Source: the human T2T-CHM13v2.0 reference genome, Homo sapiens
Length of the DNA stretch: 64,000 nucleotides
Assembly: GCA_009914755.4 (NCBI GenBank)
Contig: CP086569.2
Coordinates: forward strand, 5,504,001 to 5,568,000
Direction: 5' to 3'
Positions 50,831 through 64,000 of the stretch are shown here, one piece after another. The translations under genes were made by a program, and so were the position numbers. A model generated the notes under the pieces. The model saw only the letters and a program-made list of their open reading frames with translations. It was not told where the DNA came from and made no database searches. Numbering within the stretch: position 1 is the first letter of the stretch; each line of letters opens with the position of its first letter.

Positions 50831-53715
50831 GTAATATATAAATATATAACAAATAATAAAATGAAAATATATAGCATAGTGTAATCCATAATATTTTTAT
50901 AATTTATATAATATTGGAGAATATAACTTGAAAAGAACTGGAGCTATAGCTACTGATTTTTTTGCCATAAGAATATGTTTATTTTGGAAGTGATTTTAAT
51001 TCTTTAGCCACAATGTCCCTATATTTTTACATTACCCCTTATTTTTCCATACTATTTATACATTAGATACAGAATTTGTTAGAAGTTAAAAGGGAAAAAC
51101 ACATTCTTTTGCTGAACAATAGCTCATTATATTTAACTTAAAAATTATTAGCTTGTTGAATATCAAAACTTGAAGCTGCTGGGAATCACATTTATTCTTA
51201 GGTTCCAAAATAGTTCTGAGTTCTCAGTAGGAAACCATCTTTTATAAACTATAACAAAACTCTCATCTCAAAATTAAATACTATAAATTGACACAACTAT
51301 ATCTATATTGAATGTCTTTATAATATCCAGAAACCTACTGGCTTTTTAGAAATACAATGAAAATAGATTTACATTCTGGCTTTATAAATCAATTTTTATT
51401 TTAGAAAATTTTAAACATATAGAGAATACTATATGAAACACCACATATTCAACATCTTTAATATCATTTAACCAATAATGTTCTAGTATATATCTCTAAA
51501 ATTCACACCTAAAGAAAACACAGAAAACATGTTTATCACTTATTAACATTTAATAATAATTTCTACAATAAAGTATCACTGAGCCTATTTCTCCAATTTC
51601 TTCATAAACATTTTTTACAGATGTTTTTTCAAATCAGAATCCAAAGAGGCTCTGCACATGCCATATTCCTGGAGTGTTTCCTAAGTGTACTTGACTCTGT
51701 ATGTTCACTGTATTTGTTGGAAAAAGTCACTGGTACTCCTGAGATCAGCAGGGATCAGCATCATCTGGGAACTTGTTAGAAATTAAGTTCTCAGGAAACA
51801 CCCCAAACCTATTGAACCTGAAACTCTAGAGTTAAGAGCCCAGCAATATGCTGATGCATGCTAAAGTTTAAAACCTACTACTATAGTTCTACACACTCAA
51901 GATTTTATAGATTGTATTTTCATGATACCATCTAATATGTTGATCTATCTCCCGTATGTCATACAGATTGTGGTTCTCAGGTACAATTGTTTGGTAATGA
52001 AAATTCATATATAGTGGGTTTCTTTAACTTTCCATAGAATCATATACAAAGATTCATAATGTCCTGTTGTCTCCTTTTACAGTGATAAAAAGTTTGATCA
52101 GTAAGTCAAGTGTGCCAGCTTCATTCATCAATTCATTATTAAATTATCCATTAGCTTTTCACATAATAGTTTCAGCATCCATTTATGATCATTTCTCAAA
52201 TCTGTGATTTCACTAGAATTTGCAAAATGGGACTATACTAATTCTTTCAATTTGTTATTTGTTAGCAGAAGCAATTTTTAAAAACATTTTGCACTGTTTG
52301 GTTACCCTGAGGAACAATTTGTACAAGAGAAGCAGGAAAACTGCCTGACTCTTTCCTTTGCCAGTTTCCAAAACTGGTTCCACAGAAACCTGCAAACTGA
52401 AGTTGTTTTTTCAAATCAACATAATTAATTCATGAATTTGCAATATATTTTATGTGTTTCTATCCACTGCAGTTATTATTACTTTTGATGCTCATATTAT
52501 CTGAACTTTGGCTAGCAGGAAACTCTTTAGGCATCTGAATCCTTTTAACATGATGCAAATCATTTCTTTTTATAGCTTCCCTGTTTTCTGGCATGACAAC
52601 ATGCTCCAGGCTCATTTTGTACATATTGTTCACCACACCCTTTTTTTTTTTATTATTTCTCCAAGACTCTCTGGTTGCCTTAATTGGAAAAATCATAGAG
52701 TTCATCATTGCAAATTTAGGGCAACTCATCACATATATGTTTGTCTTTTTTTTTTCACAGTAGAAATCAAGAAAATAGATTTATAGATTTTAGAATTTAT
52801 ATCATAAATTCTTACTGATATTTTCCATTTAAAATTAGGAGTTCAGAGTATAAGTATCTGTTTAATTATACTGAAAGTCTTAGCTTCCAATGACATTAAC
52901 ACAAATATTTATTTGCTTTCTCTGGCAATATCTACAGAAAAGTTTCCAAATAAAATGATCAATATTGTTAGTAAAAATATAATCATAAGTCAGTTTAATG
53001 TTTCTTTGCATTTTCTTTTGTCCTTAGGATAATCCCTACTAAGGATACGTAGATAATTCATTTTAAAGTCATTTGAAATAATTATCTGTGAGTATAGGCC
53101 TCCAACGAGATACACAGTTCAGATGATATAATTTTTGTATTTTATTTTTAAGTACTGATGTTTCATTTTGATTTCATTTTGTTTATAATGTGTAAGACAT
53201 TTATATACTACCAAAGTCAAATGTATAAGCATGGTAAACTGTCTTCCATTTCCATCCCCTGCACCCTGTCCCTACCACTTTTTATTTAGGTGAACTTTTT
53301 GCTAATTTATTTTAGTATTACCTTATTTTTTGTAAAGAAAAAATAAACAAATATGTATAGATATAGATATGCCCATCTTTCTTAAGTGCAAGTTAGCAAA
53401 CTGTACAAATTGTTATGCATGTGCCCTTTCTCACTTTGTAACGTGTTTTGGATGTCATTCCATAATAGTATACAGAAGTCTTCCTTATTTCTTTTTACAT
53501 TTGCACAGTATTTAATTGTTTGGCTGCTCAATTGTTTTCTTAAACAGTCCCCTGTTACTGGACATTCAGATTGTTTCCAGTTGTTTGCAGTGACAAAACT
53601 AGTGCTGTAAGCAATAATTATGTGTATACATATTTTTATATTTTTTGCTAGATGGCTTTGAGATAGATTCTTAGAAGTGGACTCAGAGTCAAAAGTAAAT
53701 AAACGTGTTTGGCCA

Positions 53716-54275
53716 TTGTGATGGTTAATATTAAGTGTCAACTTGATTGGATTGAAGGATGCAAAGTATTGTTTCTGGGTGTTGCCAGGATAGATTAACA
53801 TTTGCATCAGTGGGCTGGGAGAGCAAGATTCACTCTTACTCAGGAAAACACACCCACAATGTGGGTGGGCACCATTCAATTGCCTGCCAGTGTGGCTAGA
53901 AAAAGCAGGAGAAGAAGGTGGAAGAAGCTGACTTGCTGAGTCTTCCAGCCTTCATCTTTCTTCTGTGCTGGATGCTTCCTACTCTTAAATGTGAGAGTCC
54001 AAGTTAGTTGGCTTTTGGACTCTTGAACTTATACTAGTGGCTTGCCAGGGGCTCTCGGACCTTCAGACACAGACTGGAGGCTGTATTGCTAGCTTCCCTA
54101 CTTTTGAGATTCTGGGACTTGGACATAGCCACTACGGGCTTCCTTGCTGCTCAACTTGCAGACAGCCTATTATGGGACATCACCTTGTTACTGTGTGAGT
54201 CATGTCTCCTCATAAACTCCCTTTCATATATACATGTATCCTGTTAGTTCTGTCCCTCTAGATAACCCTAATAAA
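53716..54275 (+). repeat. Solo ERV-L LTR (MLT2 family) flanked by a 5-bp target-site duplication GCCAT
   Basis: tgtgatggttaatattaagtgtcaacttgattggattgaaggatgcaaagtattg...acaatgtgggtgggcaccattcaattgcctgccagtg...cttgcagacagcctattatgggacatcaccttgttactgtgtgagtcatgtctcc...tgtatcctgttagttctgtccctctagataaccctaataaa. gccat lies immediately 5' (53711-53715) and immediately 3' (54276-54280). Confidence 0.8.
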
Positions 54276-54789
54276 GCCATCCTACAAAAATGTGATGGAC
54301 CCTCACCCAAAATTTGGTTTGGATATCAAGGCTGATGGTGCCACATATGCACCAAGAGGGTATAAAAAGTTCTATTACTCACACAATGAGTTTTTCTGAG
54401 AAGAACAGGGCAATGTCTCAAACATAAATAAGGATGCCTTGAGAAAGTGGAGAAAGGAGACCAGTTTGTTTTTTATGGTAGCTGGGAGTGGGGTTAGGGA
54501 AAGAACTACTGCATAGGGGTTAGCACTTGTGTGTTTTGAACTTCCTACTGACACCAAAGGTAAGAGCATCGAGGCTTCCTCATCAGCTTGCCCAGATGTG
54601 TGTGGAAGGGCAAGTGGGAGTTGTTGGGCTTAAAAGTTGTCTGCTGTCCATTACAAAAACTTGAGTCAGACCCTTTTTGTTAGATCTTGACAAATTCTAC
54701 TCCAAAGTGGTTGTACCCTTTTGTAGTGCCGGATTGCCTATTTTTTCCATAGCTTTGTCCCCAAAAAACAAAACAAACAAACTAACAAA

Positions 54790-57005
54790 CAAACTATGTG
54801 GTCAAGCTTTTGAATTGTTAATAATCTGATAAGTGAGAAATGGAATGACCATGTAATTTTAATGTTAATGTATTCTGGTAGCTTGTATACATTTTTATAT
54901 GTTTAAGCCGTGGCTAATATGCCCTTATCTTATGCCTATTTTCTGTAAGGCTATTACTGTTTTCTTCTCTTTTTTTACAAGCTGTTTGTATATTATTGAC
55001 ACTGTTTTTCTGTTATATAACTTACATAATTTTTTTAATTTATTTTTTTGCTGATGGTGCTTTCTTTCTGATGAAAGATTTTTTAATTAAATGTTATCAA
55101 ACTTACTAGTATTTTCTCTTACAGAATCTGAATTTTGGTCTCTACTAAGAAAATAACTCTTCTAAATTTGCATCTGAGGTTATTATATATTTTTATGTAC
55201 TTTATTCATCCATTAGGAATTCTATATTGTCTCTATTAATCTCCTCCTAGACATATCTATGCATTTTAACACTGTTTAAATAATAACACATAAAACTAAA
55301 AGTGGAGTTATCCAGTGTCCATAATAAAATCTACCAATTACTTTGGTAAAATGGGTCTAGAAATCAGGTGGAGCTCAGCAATAATAAGAAAACTGATTAA
55401 TCGTGCCCATCTGACTCATTTTACGTTAAACCTAATGGTTTATTTAACTGACAGCTAGTGTCTCCTTTTAGGATGATTTGAACAGTAATTTAGTGTAATT
55501 TGAGCTTGAGAAGGTACTGATGATATAACAGAAAGATGTGGGTTCATCAATTGGTAGCTATATTTAGGATGATTTTATGGTATTCCAAAATTCTGTACTT
55601 TTGGGGGATTTTGTTGCCTGAAGTGAATGTGGTATAAAGAAGCTGTCATTAAATCTTAGTGATTCAAGGAAACCCAATCTTATATAACTTGCCAAGGAAT
55701 ACATAGCCAAATAGTATTCAATCTCTGAGGAAAAACAGCTGTGTTTTGACATTTTGCATAAACTTTGAAAGTAAAACAAAAAATATTTGCTTAAACTGTC
55801 CTTTCAGATGCTCAGAGTACTTATTGTTTCAAAAGTTTTTTTCTAAAACATGATGCTGTGTGTTCTTTTGCTTTAAAGCAGGCATTTGGTAATTTTGACA
55901 TGGTATTATAAAAATTTACTTTTGAGTCACCTAGCTTCAGAAATCTCCTAAACAATTTACATGTGAAAAACACACTTACACAAGTGAAGTGAGTTACATT
56001 ACAACAAACCTTTTCTACTAGCATTCCCTTTTAAGAGCAAGAAAAAAAATGAAGTTTGGCAACATGATTTAACAGCTGCATATAGTATTTATGCTAAAGA
56101 AATCACATAGCAGATTTTCAGTTACCCACAGAAGGAAGTCCAAGGAGAGCACACAATTAAGCTACACAGATAATCATCTCAACCATGAGTTTCAACCATC
56201 TGAGCTGTCAGTAATTAGCCAATTTTTATTTCACTACTACCCTGGCTATTCTCCCCAGGAACATTACAAGAGATATTCAATAATGACGAACAACAGTGAA
56301 TTATTAGTAACATGAAATATTCCATATTCTGAATGAATATTGTATATTAATTCTTAAATGAGAAACATGATATATCAATGAACAACAAGAGATAGAAATT
56401 GTTGATAGGACAAATTTAATATAAACACTTTGCTTGAAGGATAGAAAGGAGCTTATGTGGGATGGAGCAGCGTACTCAAAAGGACAAATAGCTAAACATT
56501 CTCATAATTTCTTCCACAATAAAATAATGCAATCTTTCCATGAACACACTTTATTTTCTATGTTTCCATAGCCTAAACGCATTATTTGAAACGGCCATTG
56601 ATGTATGAAGACTCGGAAGTAATCATGTGACTATTATAATTTATAGCAAATGTTGAATGGACAGTTTTAGAACACTTTGTAGTGTTTTTGTGATCCATAA
56701 TATATGGCTATCTTCAAAGTTAGCAATTACTTCTTGCACTTTTTTTCTGCTTGTGAAGACTTCAAATTGATCCTTTTTCTAATATTTAGTTCATCTCCCA
56801 AATAATTACTTAACTTTTATCAGCAGCATCTTTTTTGTCTTAATTGGTTCATGATACTATGTCAAAAAGTGATTTAAAAATCTTTCAGTGTCAGAAATGT
56901 AATAAGGAGGGGTGGAAATTATGCTAAACTGTATTTTACTACAAAGGTCATAGTTTCACTTCCAAAATACCATTGCTGCTCTGCTGCAGTTAATTATTTC
57001 CATTC
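54790..57005 (+). repeat. Local segmental (tandem-type) duplication, copy 1 (sub-segments X 54790-55140 and Y 55150-57005)
   Basis: Direct, high-identity match (about 93-96% by eye) to 57030-57365 (X') and 59290-61150 (Y'). For example, taatctgataagtgagaaatggaatgaccatgtaattttaatgttaatg matches 57050-57100, and ctattaatctcctcctagacatatctatgcattttaacactgtttaaataataacacataaaactaaaagtggagtt matches 59380-59460. The interval contains no recognisable TE coding sequence. Confidence 0.8.
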
Positions 57006-57029
57006 AAAAATGTAAGGCCAAGCTTTTGA

Positions 57030-60000
57030 TTTGTGTCAAGCTTTTGAATTGTTAATAATCTGACAAGTGAGAAATGGAATCACCATGCAATTTTAATGTT
57101 AATGTATTTTGTGAGGTTGTATACATTTTCATATGTTTAAGCTGTGGCTAATATGCTCTTATGCCTATTTTCCTATAAGGCTATTGCTGTTTTCTTCTTT
57201 TTTTACAAGCTCTTTGTATATTATTGATATTAACTATTTTTCTATTATATAACTAACATGATTCTTAAATTTTTTTTGCTGATGGTGTTTTCTTTCTGAC
57301 AAAAGACTTCTTAAATGTTATCAAACTTATTAATATTTTCTCTTACAGAATCTGAATTTTAAGAAGAAAATATTCATTTCTCACAGGTAATAGGTTAAAT
57401 CATCCTTGCCTTCTTCTACTACTGGTATTGTGTTTCACTTAACTTTTCAATCTTTTCAACCTCTGATCTGCTTGAAACACATCAAGGTGTATGGTGTGAG
57501 GAACAGATCAAATTTTGACTTTTGTGTTTTGCTGCTGTGTAGTTCCAACATCACTAATTTAAAAAGCCCATCCTTTCTCCTAATTGTTGTGAGATGTCAT
57601 ATTTGTCATATATAACTTTTTTTTATTTCTTGACTGTTTTTTTCTCTTCCACTGATCCACGTAACTATGTATATGCAAATACTCCACTGATTTAATAAAA
57701 GAAACATGATAATATATTTTGACATTTGGTAGGATTTACCCTCCTATCAACATTGCTATTTTTCAAGGTCCTCCTAAGTATTCTTACTTGTTGGTTTTAT
57801 CAAATGAATCCTAAAACCTAGGCTCATAAAAATGCTTGATGGCATTTTTATTGGAATAGTCTCACATTTAGGTAACTCAAGGAAAATTGACATAATAATG
57901 TTGATTCTTTATTTTCAAGACCACAGTATTCTACTAATTTTGAAAACATTTGTACCACTAAAGATATCAGAAACTTCCTTTGCAAAAATTATAACTGAGA
58001 CAATTTTTACAGTGAAAGAGATATGACATAACTGACTCCACCTAGCTTCGAACCTTAAAGTTGTCCTTCATTCTTGGGAGTAGGCCAAACTATCTTTGGG
58101 AGAAACTTAGTTTATGGTTTAGAAACAAAGACAATAATAGCCCTTTCCCAAAACAAATTCCCTTCCTGCCTGGGGACTACACTGCCTTTGCAAGACTAAC
58201 AGATTAGTCACAAAATTAGAAATTATGGTTTAGGAATCATGTAGCTGGAGGCTGCAAGATTCTTAACCTCCCCAAATTGCTCCTGGAGATAACATCACTA
58301 TTGTGAAATGTAAGATCACTGCTTGACATATTTTGCAGACTTTGCATTCGATGTACCAGCAGGCACTATCCAGATTAATCAACTAGCTTGTCTGGTCTTG
58401 TGGCCCCTCATCCAGCAACTGACTCAGGTCAAGAGGACAGCTTTAACTCCCTAAGATTTCATCTCCAACCTGACCAGTCAGAACTCCTGTCAAACTATCT
58501 TCAAAAATTCCAGTCCCTGAATTCTCAGGGAGACTGATTTGAGTAATAATAAAACTTTGGTTTCCTACACAGCTCGCTCTGTGTGAATTACTCTTTCTTT
58601 CTTGCAGCTCCCCTGTCTTAATAAATCAGCTCCGTCTAGACAGTGGGCAAGGTGAATCTGTTGGGTGGTTACAAGACTATTTAAGTCCTCACTTTATGTC
58701 TTTGATAGGTTCATGGAAACAGCTACATTAAATGAAACAACGTATATAACAAAACCATTTTTTTTCTCTTCATCATTATGTTATTCAAGGACCTGCTGTA
58801 TGTTGCTTCACTTAATGTTGCAGTTTCCAAGAACCTATCCATGATATTGACAACATACATTACATACGAAGCATGGAGTTTAACATGAAGAGTGTGTGTT
58901 CTACATGAGGGAAGGAGAAAGAACCACACATTTGGTAACAACAAGACGGCAATCCTGCATGAACTTCTGTGGCCACCTACATTCCGTTTTCCTCTATTTC
59001 TGGGAACACAGGGGAATTTTTTTTCCATCTCATGCAGTTTAGTGGGGTTATCTGCTACGACGACATGAGCATGTATTTTGACTAATACATAAGAACTGTA
59101 TATTTTCTTTTTTATAACTCTGGTGCCCTGTACATTGTATAGACAATTAGAAAATATGTATTAAAAGAATAAAAGTAATCATATTAGAAATTCCAGCAGT
59201 ATTATCCCATGGACTCACATAATTTTTCCATTGTAAATACAGTTAAATATTCAAAGTTGTATTATATATTAGTTTTTCATTAACCTACAATTTTCTTAAC
59301 ACTTCTAAATTTGAATCTGAGATTATTATACATTTTTCTGTACTTTATTCATCCATTAGGAATTCTATATTGTCTCTATTAATCTCTTCCTAGTCATATC
59401 TATGCATTTTAACACTGTTTAAATAAAATAACACATAAAACTAAAAGTGGAGTTGTCCAGTCTTCATAATAAAATCTACCAATTACTTTGGTAAAATGGG
59501 TCTAGAAATCAGGTAGAGCTCAGCAATAATAAGAAAACTGATTAATCGTGCCCATCTGACTCATTTTACGTTAAACCTAATGGTTTATTTAACTGACAGC
59601 TAGTGTCTCCTTTTAGGATGATTTGAACAGTAATTTAGTGTAATTTGAGCTTGAGAAGGTACTGATGATATAACCGAAAGATCTGCGTTCATCAATTGGT
59701 AGCTATATTTAAGGAAAGATGATTTCATGGCATTCCAAAATTCTGTACTTTTGGGGGATTTTGTTGCCTAAAGTGAATGTGGTATAAAGAAGTTGTCATT
59801 AAATCCTAATGATTCAAGGAAACCCAATCTTATATAACTTGCCAAGGAATACATAGCCAAATAGTATTCAATCTCTGAGGAAAAACAGCTGTGTTTTGAT
59901 GTTTTGCATAAATTTTCAAAGTAAAAAAATTTGCTTAAACTGTCCTTTTAGGTGCTCAGAGTACTTATTGTTTCAAAAGTTTTTTTTCTAAAACATGATG

Positions 60001-61150
60001 CAGTATGTTCTTTTGCTTTAAAGCAGGCATTTGGTAATTTTGTTAAGGTATTATAAAAATCTACTTTTGAGTCACCTAGCTTCAGAAATCTCCTAAACAA
60101 TTTACATCTGAAAAACACACTTACACAAGTGAAGTGAGTTACATTACAACAAACCTTTTCTACTAGCATTCCCTTTTAAGAGCAAGAAAAAAAATGAAGT
60201 TTGGCAACATGATTTAACAGCTGCATATAGTATTTATGCTAAAGAAATCACATAGCAGATTTTCAGTTACCCACAGAAGGAGGTCCAAGGAGAGCACACA
60301 ATTAAGCTACACAGATAATCATCTCAACCATGAGTTTCAACCATATGAGCTGTCAGTAATTAGCCAATTTTTATTTCACTACTACCCTGGCTATTCTCCC
60401 CAGGAACATTACAAGAGATATTCAATCATGAGGAACAATAATAACACGAAATATTCCATATACTGAATGAATACTGCATATTAATTCTTCTTAAATGAGA
60501 AACATGATATATCAATGAACAACAAGAGATAGAAATTTTTGATAGGACAAAGTTAATATAAACATTTTGCTTGAAGGATAGAAAGGAGCTTATGTGAGAC
60601 GGAGCAGCATACTCAAAGGACAAATAGCTAAACATTCCCGTAATTTCTTCCACAATAAAATAATGCAATCTTTTCATAAACACACTTTATTTTCTATGTT
60701 TCTAAAGCCTAAAAGCATTATTTGAAACGGCCATTGACATATGAAGACTCGGAAGTAATCATGTGACTATTATAATTTATAGCAAATGTTGAATGGACAG
60801 TTTTAAAAAATTTTGTAGTGTTTTTGTGATCCATAATATATGGCTATCTTCAAAGTTAGCAATACTTCTTGCAGTTTTTTTCTGCTTGTGAAGACTTCAA
60901 ATTGATTCTTTTTCTAATATTTAGTTCATCCCCCAAATAATTACTTAACTTTTATCAGCAGCATCTCTTTATCTTAATTGGTTCATGATACTATGCCGAA
61001 AAGTGATTTAAAAATCTTTCAGTGTCAGAAATGTAACAAGGAGTGGTGGAAATTATGCTAAACTGTATTTTACTACAAAGATCATGGTTTCATTTCCAAA
61101 GTGCCACTTCTGCTCTGCTGCAGTTAATTATTTCCATTCAAAAATGTAAG
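57030..61150 (+). repeat. Local segmental duplication, copy 2 (X' 57030-57365; insertion of about 1.9 kb at 57366-59285; Y' 59290-61150)
   Basis: Collinear with copy 1 apart from the 57366-59285 insert. The insert contains an LTR-like segment at about 58030-58680 (...gactgatttgagtaataataaaactttggtttcctacacagctcgctctgtgtgaattactctttctttcttgcagctcccctgtcttaataaatcagctcc...). Confidence 0.8.
58030..58680 (+). repeat. Possible solo LTR (ERV/MaLR-like U3-R-U5 with aataaa signals) inside the copy-2-specific insert
   Basis: Two aataaa signals at about 58545 and about 58622, a TG/CA-like arrangement and an LTR-like composition. Family not assigned. Confidence 0.3.
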
Positions 61151-62379
61151 GGCAGGATTACCACATATTCCGTTATTTCTAAAAGAAGCCACTAATAGCA
61201 TGATTTTAATGGTTACGAAGATTAATATTTTTATCATCTTTGCGTTCTTTATACTTAAAGAGCAAAATTGCATAGTACAGATAATCTATCCCTTAAATGT
61301 GTAATTAAACTTTTCGTGTGGACACATAGTTTCACACTTTGGTTCAATAACTAATTACATATTTAAACTTGCCCTTTCTCATCGTTAATGCCACATGCTG
61401 ACCACAAAGACAATACCCGTTTACTAAGAAAATTTTGTTTGACACAGTAATACCATTTACCTTGCTTTGAAATACAATTTCTCATTGTTCTGCTATACTC
61501 TTTTTTTTTTGCATCGTACCCACAAAACTGGAAACATTTCTCAACGGTTTCCATTAAAAACAGAAAAAGAAATAATTAGCTCATATTTATATGAAATAGA
61601 TAATTCATAAATTCTATAAGACACTCAGAACAAACACTATGATGCTAGCAGAAGAAGCAAGCATAAAATAAGTACAATCTCTCAAGGATATATTGATTCT
61701 CTCACAGCTTAGCTTGCACACAGGCTAATGATGACAATATTGTGGCATGAAACCTAAGAGTGTATGTGTGTGTGGGGGTGTACGTGCATGTTAGAGAGAC
61801 AGAGCCTGCTTTTTAAATCTACAACAGATAAGTCCAAAAAGTTTACCTTTTACATGCACACACACACTTATCACACGCTTATCATCTTAGGACCTTTTAA
61901 TATCTATTTATAAACATGTCTCAGGAGAATGTTAAACAGTAAATTGATTTTCATTTAGGCCTTTTTTTTCTAACCACATGCTATAGAAGTATGTGTTAGT
62001 GAAATATTTAGGAGAAAATATAACAAATTTTATTTGAATACTTGCTTTAGAAAACCAGCTGCATATGCTATAGAGTAGGAAGAGATTGCCTAGGTAAACT
62101 TCTGTAGTTCAAATCTTGAAGAAAACTAAAGGTTAAACACTGAGGAGACATTTCAAGTCTAGTGATTCCCTGAGTTCTCTTTAAAATACTTGCAACATGC
62201 ACACCATAAATATGCTAGAGAATGTATTTTAAGATATTAAGAAGACATAGGAATGTTAATTTAAAACCCCATGGAACAGAAATAGCCATAATGTCCTGCC
62301 CTACCTCACCCACATGGAGTAAATAGTAGGGGTTGATGCTACTGGCTAACTGAATGCTAAGACTGGAAAAAAGCAAAAG

Positions 62380-63520
62380 AGTCTGAAAAGTAAAATATCA
62401 AGTGTTAATTTCAACCCAAATCCTGCCACACTTTTTACGAGACAACATCAGACTCATTGTATGAGACATATTCACATGTTTGATGCTCGTTGTTAAGCAC
62501 ATACATATTAAGGATTGTTATACTTTCTTGGAGAATTGATTCTTTTATCATTATGTAATGCCCTTCTTTAGTTTCGATATTTTTCCTTACTCTCAAATCC
62601 GCTTTGTCTGAAATTAATATAGTTACTGCAGCTTTCTTCTTGTTAGTGTTGTTAGCATGGCATATGTTTCTCCATCACTTTACTTTTATGCATCATAATT
62701 TTCTGCTTCTTTGCATATTTAATAATTTTTTACTGAATGGTAGATATCAGTGAATATTATGGTGTTGAGTGTCTAAATTTGTTTTCCTACATTAGCTAGA
62801 TTTGAATTATGTTTAGACAGGCAGTTAAGTTACTTACAGATCAGTTTAATCCTTCTCTACTGAAAAATCTATCATACAAAGAGTTTTTTCAACCTGATTG
62901 GCCAGGATTTAAATGTTTCCCAACTCTGTGTAATTTCTGGGAATTCTTCAAGTCAGGACTTTCCAGTTATGTCTTGCCTCATGGAATTTCATCTTATGCA
63001 CGCACAGCTTTTTATTGAGCAAAAAATTCAAAGGCTTTTCTATGCAGATTTGTGAAGCTCTTCCACTGTGCTATTCCTTCAACTCTGGTACTCTACACCA
63101 CAAATTCCAAAGTTTAGCCATCTAAACTTTCCAAAATTTCAATTCTGGTCTTCTCAATCCAGGGAGATGACTGGTATTTTCCTGAGTTTACCTTTCCTAT
63201 TTCTCTGTCTGGGGTATTGTGGTGCTTACCTTCTTTTATCCCTTCACTGATTACGGTTCTATGCTACATGTTTGCCAACGTCTGCAGACAGTATTTTATC
63301 TGTATTTTCCAGTTTTGTAATTTTTTCTGAAAGGAGGGCAAGTCCACTACCAGTTATTCTATTAAAGTAGGAAAGATTTCATCTTTCATTTTTAATATAC
63401 CAAATTTACAATATTTTGTAATAAAATAATCACTTATGATAGTCCATGTTTTTATTTATTACTATTTGCTTTTCTTAGTTGTATTTAACTATAAAATAGA
63501 CTTCCTGGAACCACCGCCCC
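62380..63520 (-). mobile_element. Old L1M-type LINE-1 5'-region fragment on the - strand, paralogous to 44990-46150
   Basis: The reverse complement of 62500-63500 is collinear with 45000-46100 at about 85-90% identity. For example, 63247-63370 matches the reverse complement of 45150-45270 (ctgattacggttctatgctacatgtttgccaacgtctgcagacagtattttatctgtattttccagttttgtaattttttctgaaaggagggcaagtccactaccagtta). Also 62500-62640 matches the reverse complement of the ORF2 start region 45960-46100 (gatttgagagtaaggaaaaatatcgaaactaaagaagggcattacataatga). Confidence 0.65.
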
Positions 63521-64000
63521 CAACTCCCGCATCCATGTGGATTTCCCTCTGATCCTCTATGAGATGTGAGCCTCGGAAGCAGACAATAGCACCTCCTGCT
63601 CCAGCAAGAAACTCCCAGGCTCAAGGTGTGGCTTCCATTAAGGAGCCCAGGCTGGGGCCACAACTCTGAATAACCTCTGTTGGCACATAACCTTCAGCTG
63701 TGAGTGGTTCAGTCCTGTGATATTGGTTGGGTGTTGGTTTGTGTGTGGACAAGAGGTGGTTGGTGGCTGGTGGAGGCTAATGGCAGAGTTAGCCCCCTAC
63801 TCTCCCCAGCCACCCCTGCAAGAAGCATGGCAGGGCATATACCAGTCAGGAATGCCCAGTACCTGGTTCCTTGCCTGGTCTGCTTTCCTCCACGTTTGCC
63901 TGGGGCCTAACCCTGCTAGAAGCTACAGCACTTTATAAGCAAGGTTTGCCTTCTTCCAGCTCCTAGGCTGTGGGTGCTGTATACAATTAGGAACTTCCTT

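Noticed and set aside
51600-51900. Motif ...cagcatcatctgggaacttgttagaaattaagttctcaggaaacaccccaaacctattgaacc... that resembles a widespread ancient mammalian repeat
   Set aside because: I recognise the motif but cannot confidently name the family or its boundaries, so I did not report it as a feature.
53382-53879. 165-aa minus-strand ORF
   Set aside because: It spans the boundary of the solo MLT2 LTR and AT-rich flank, has no recognisable motifs and its composition is typical of spurious ORFs.

Overview
This window is primate genomic DNA, most likely human. The call rests on several Alu elements, an L1PA-type LINE-1 and HERV-L/MLT2 sequences. It is not a prokaryotic locus: there are no operons, CRISPR arrays, tRNA or rRNA genes. 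Apart from the GC-rich 5'UTR of one L1, the window is AT-rich and consists mostly of interspersed repeats. I found no convincing protein-coding exons, CpG island or promoter. Almost every ORF on the supplied track lies inside a transposable-element remnant (L1 ORF1/ORF2, ERV gag/pro/pol) or is short noise in AT-rich or GC-rich repeats. The main structures are listed below.

- 8640-14385: a near full-length L1PA-like LINE-1 on the + strand, with both ORFs broken.
- 16690-28300: an old L1M on the + strand, split by a nearly complete ERV-L provirus (20057-26569) and a free left Alu monomer.
- Within that provirus: MLT2-type LTRs at 20057-20508 and 26119-26569, then gag, protease, RT, RNase H, integrase and the family-typical dUTPase downstream of integrase.
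- 28310-31010: a second L1M 3' portion.
- 37705-44620: a full-length, diverged L1P on the - strand carrying an internally deleted Alu.
- 44990-46790 (+) and 62380-63520 (-): two inverted copies of the same L1M 5' region, about 17 kb apart.
- 48959-49253: a full-length Alu with a clear target-site duplication.
- 50268-50345: a MADE1 mariner MITE.
- 53716-54275: a solo MLT2 LTR with a clean 5-bp duplication (GCCAT).
- 54790-61150: a local direct duplication with a roughly 2.2 kb unit, the second copy carrying a 1.9 kb insertion.
- Several simple repeats.

I see no novel biological system here. The observations most worth checking are the provirus without a target-site duplication, the diverged direct duplication, and a local palindromic duplication present in one L1M copy but absent from its paralog. 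All coordinates were placed by eye and are approximate to about 5-20 bp.
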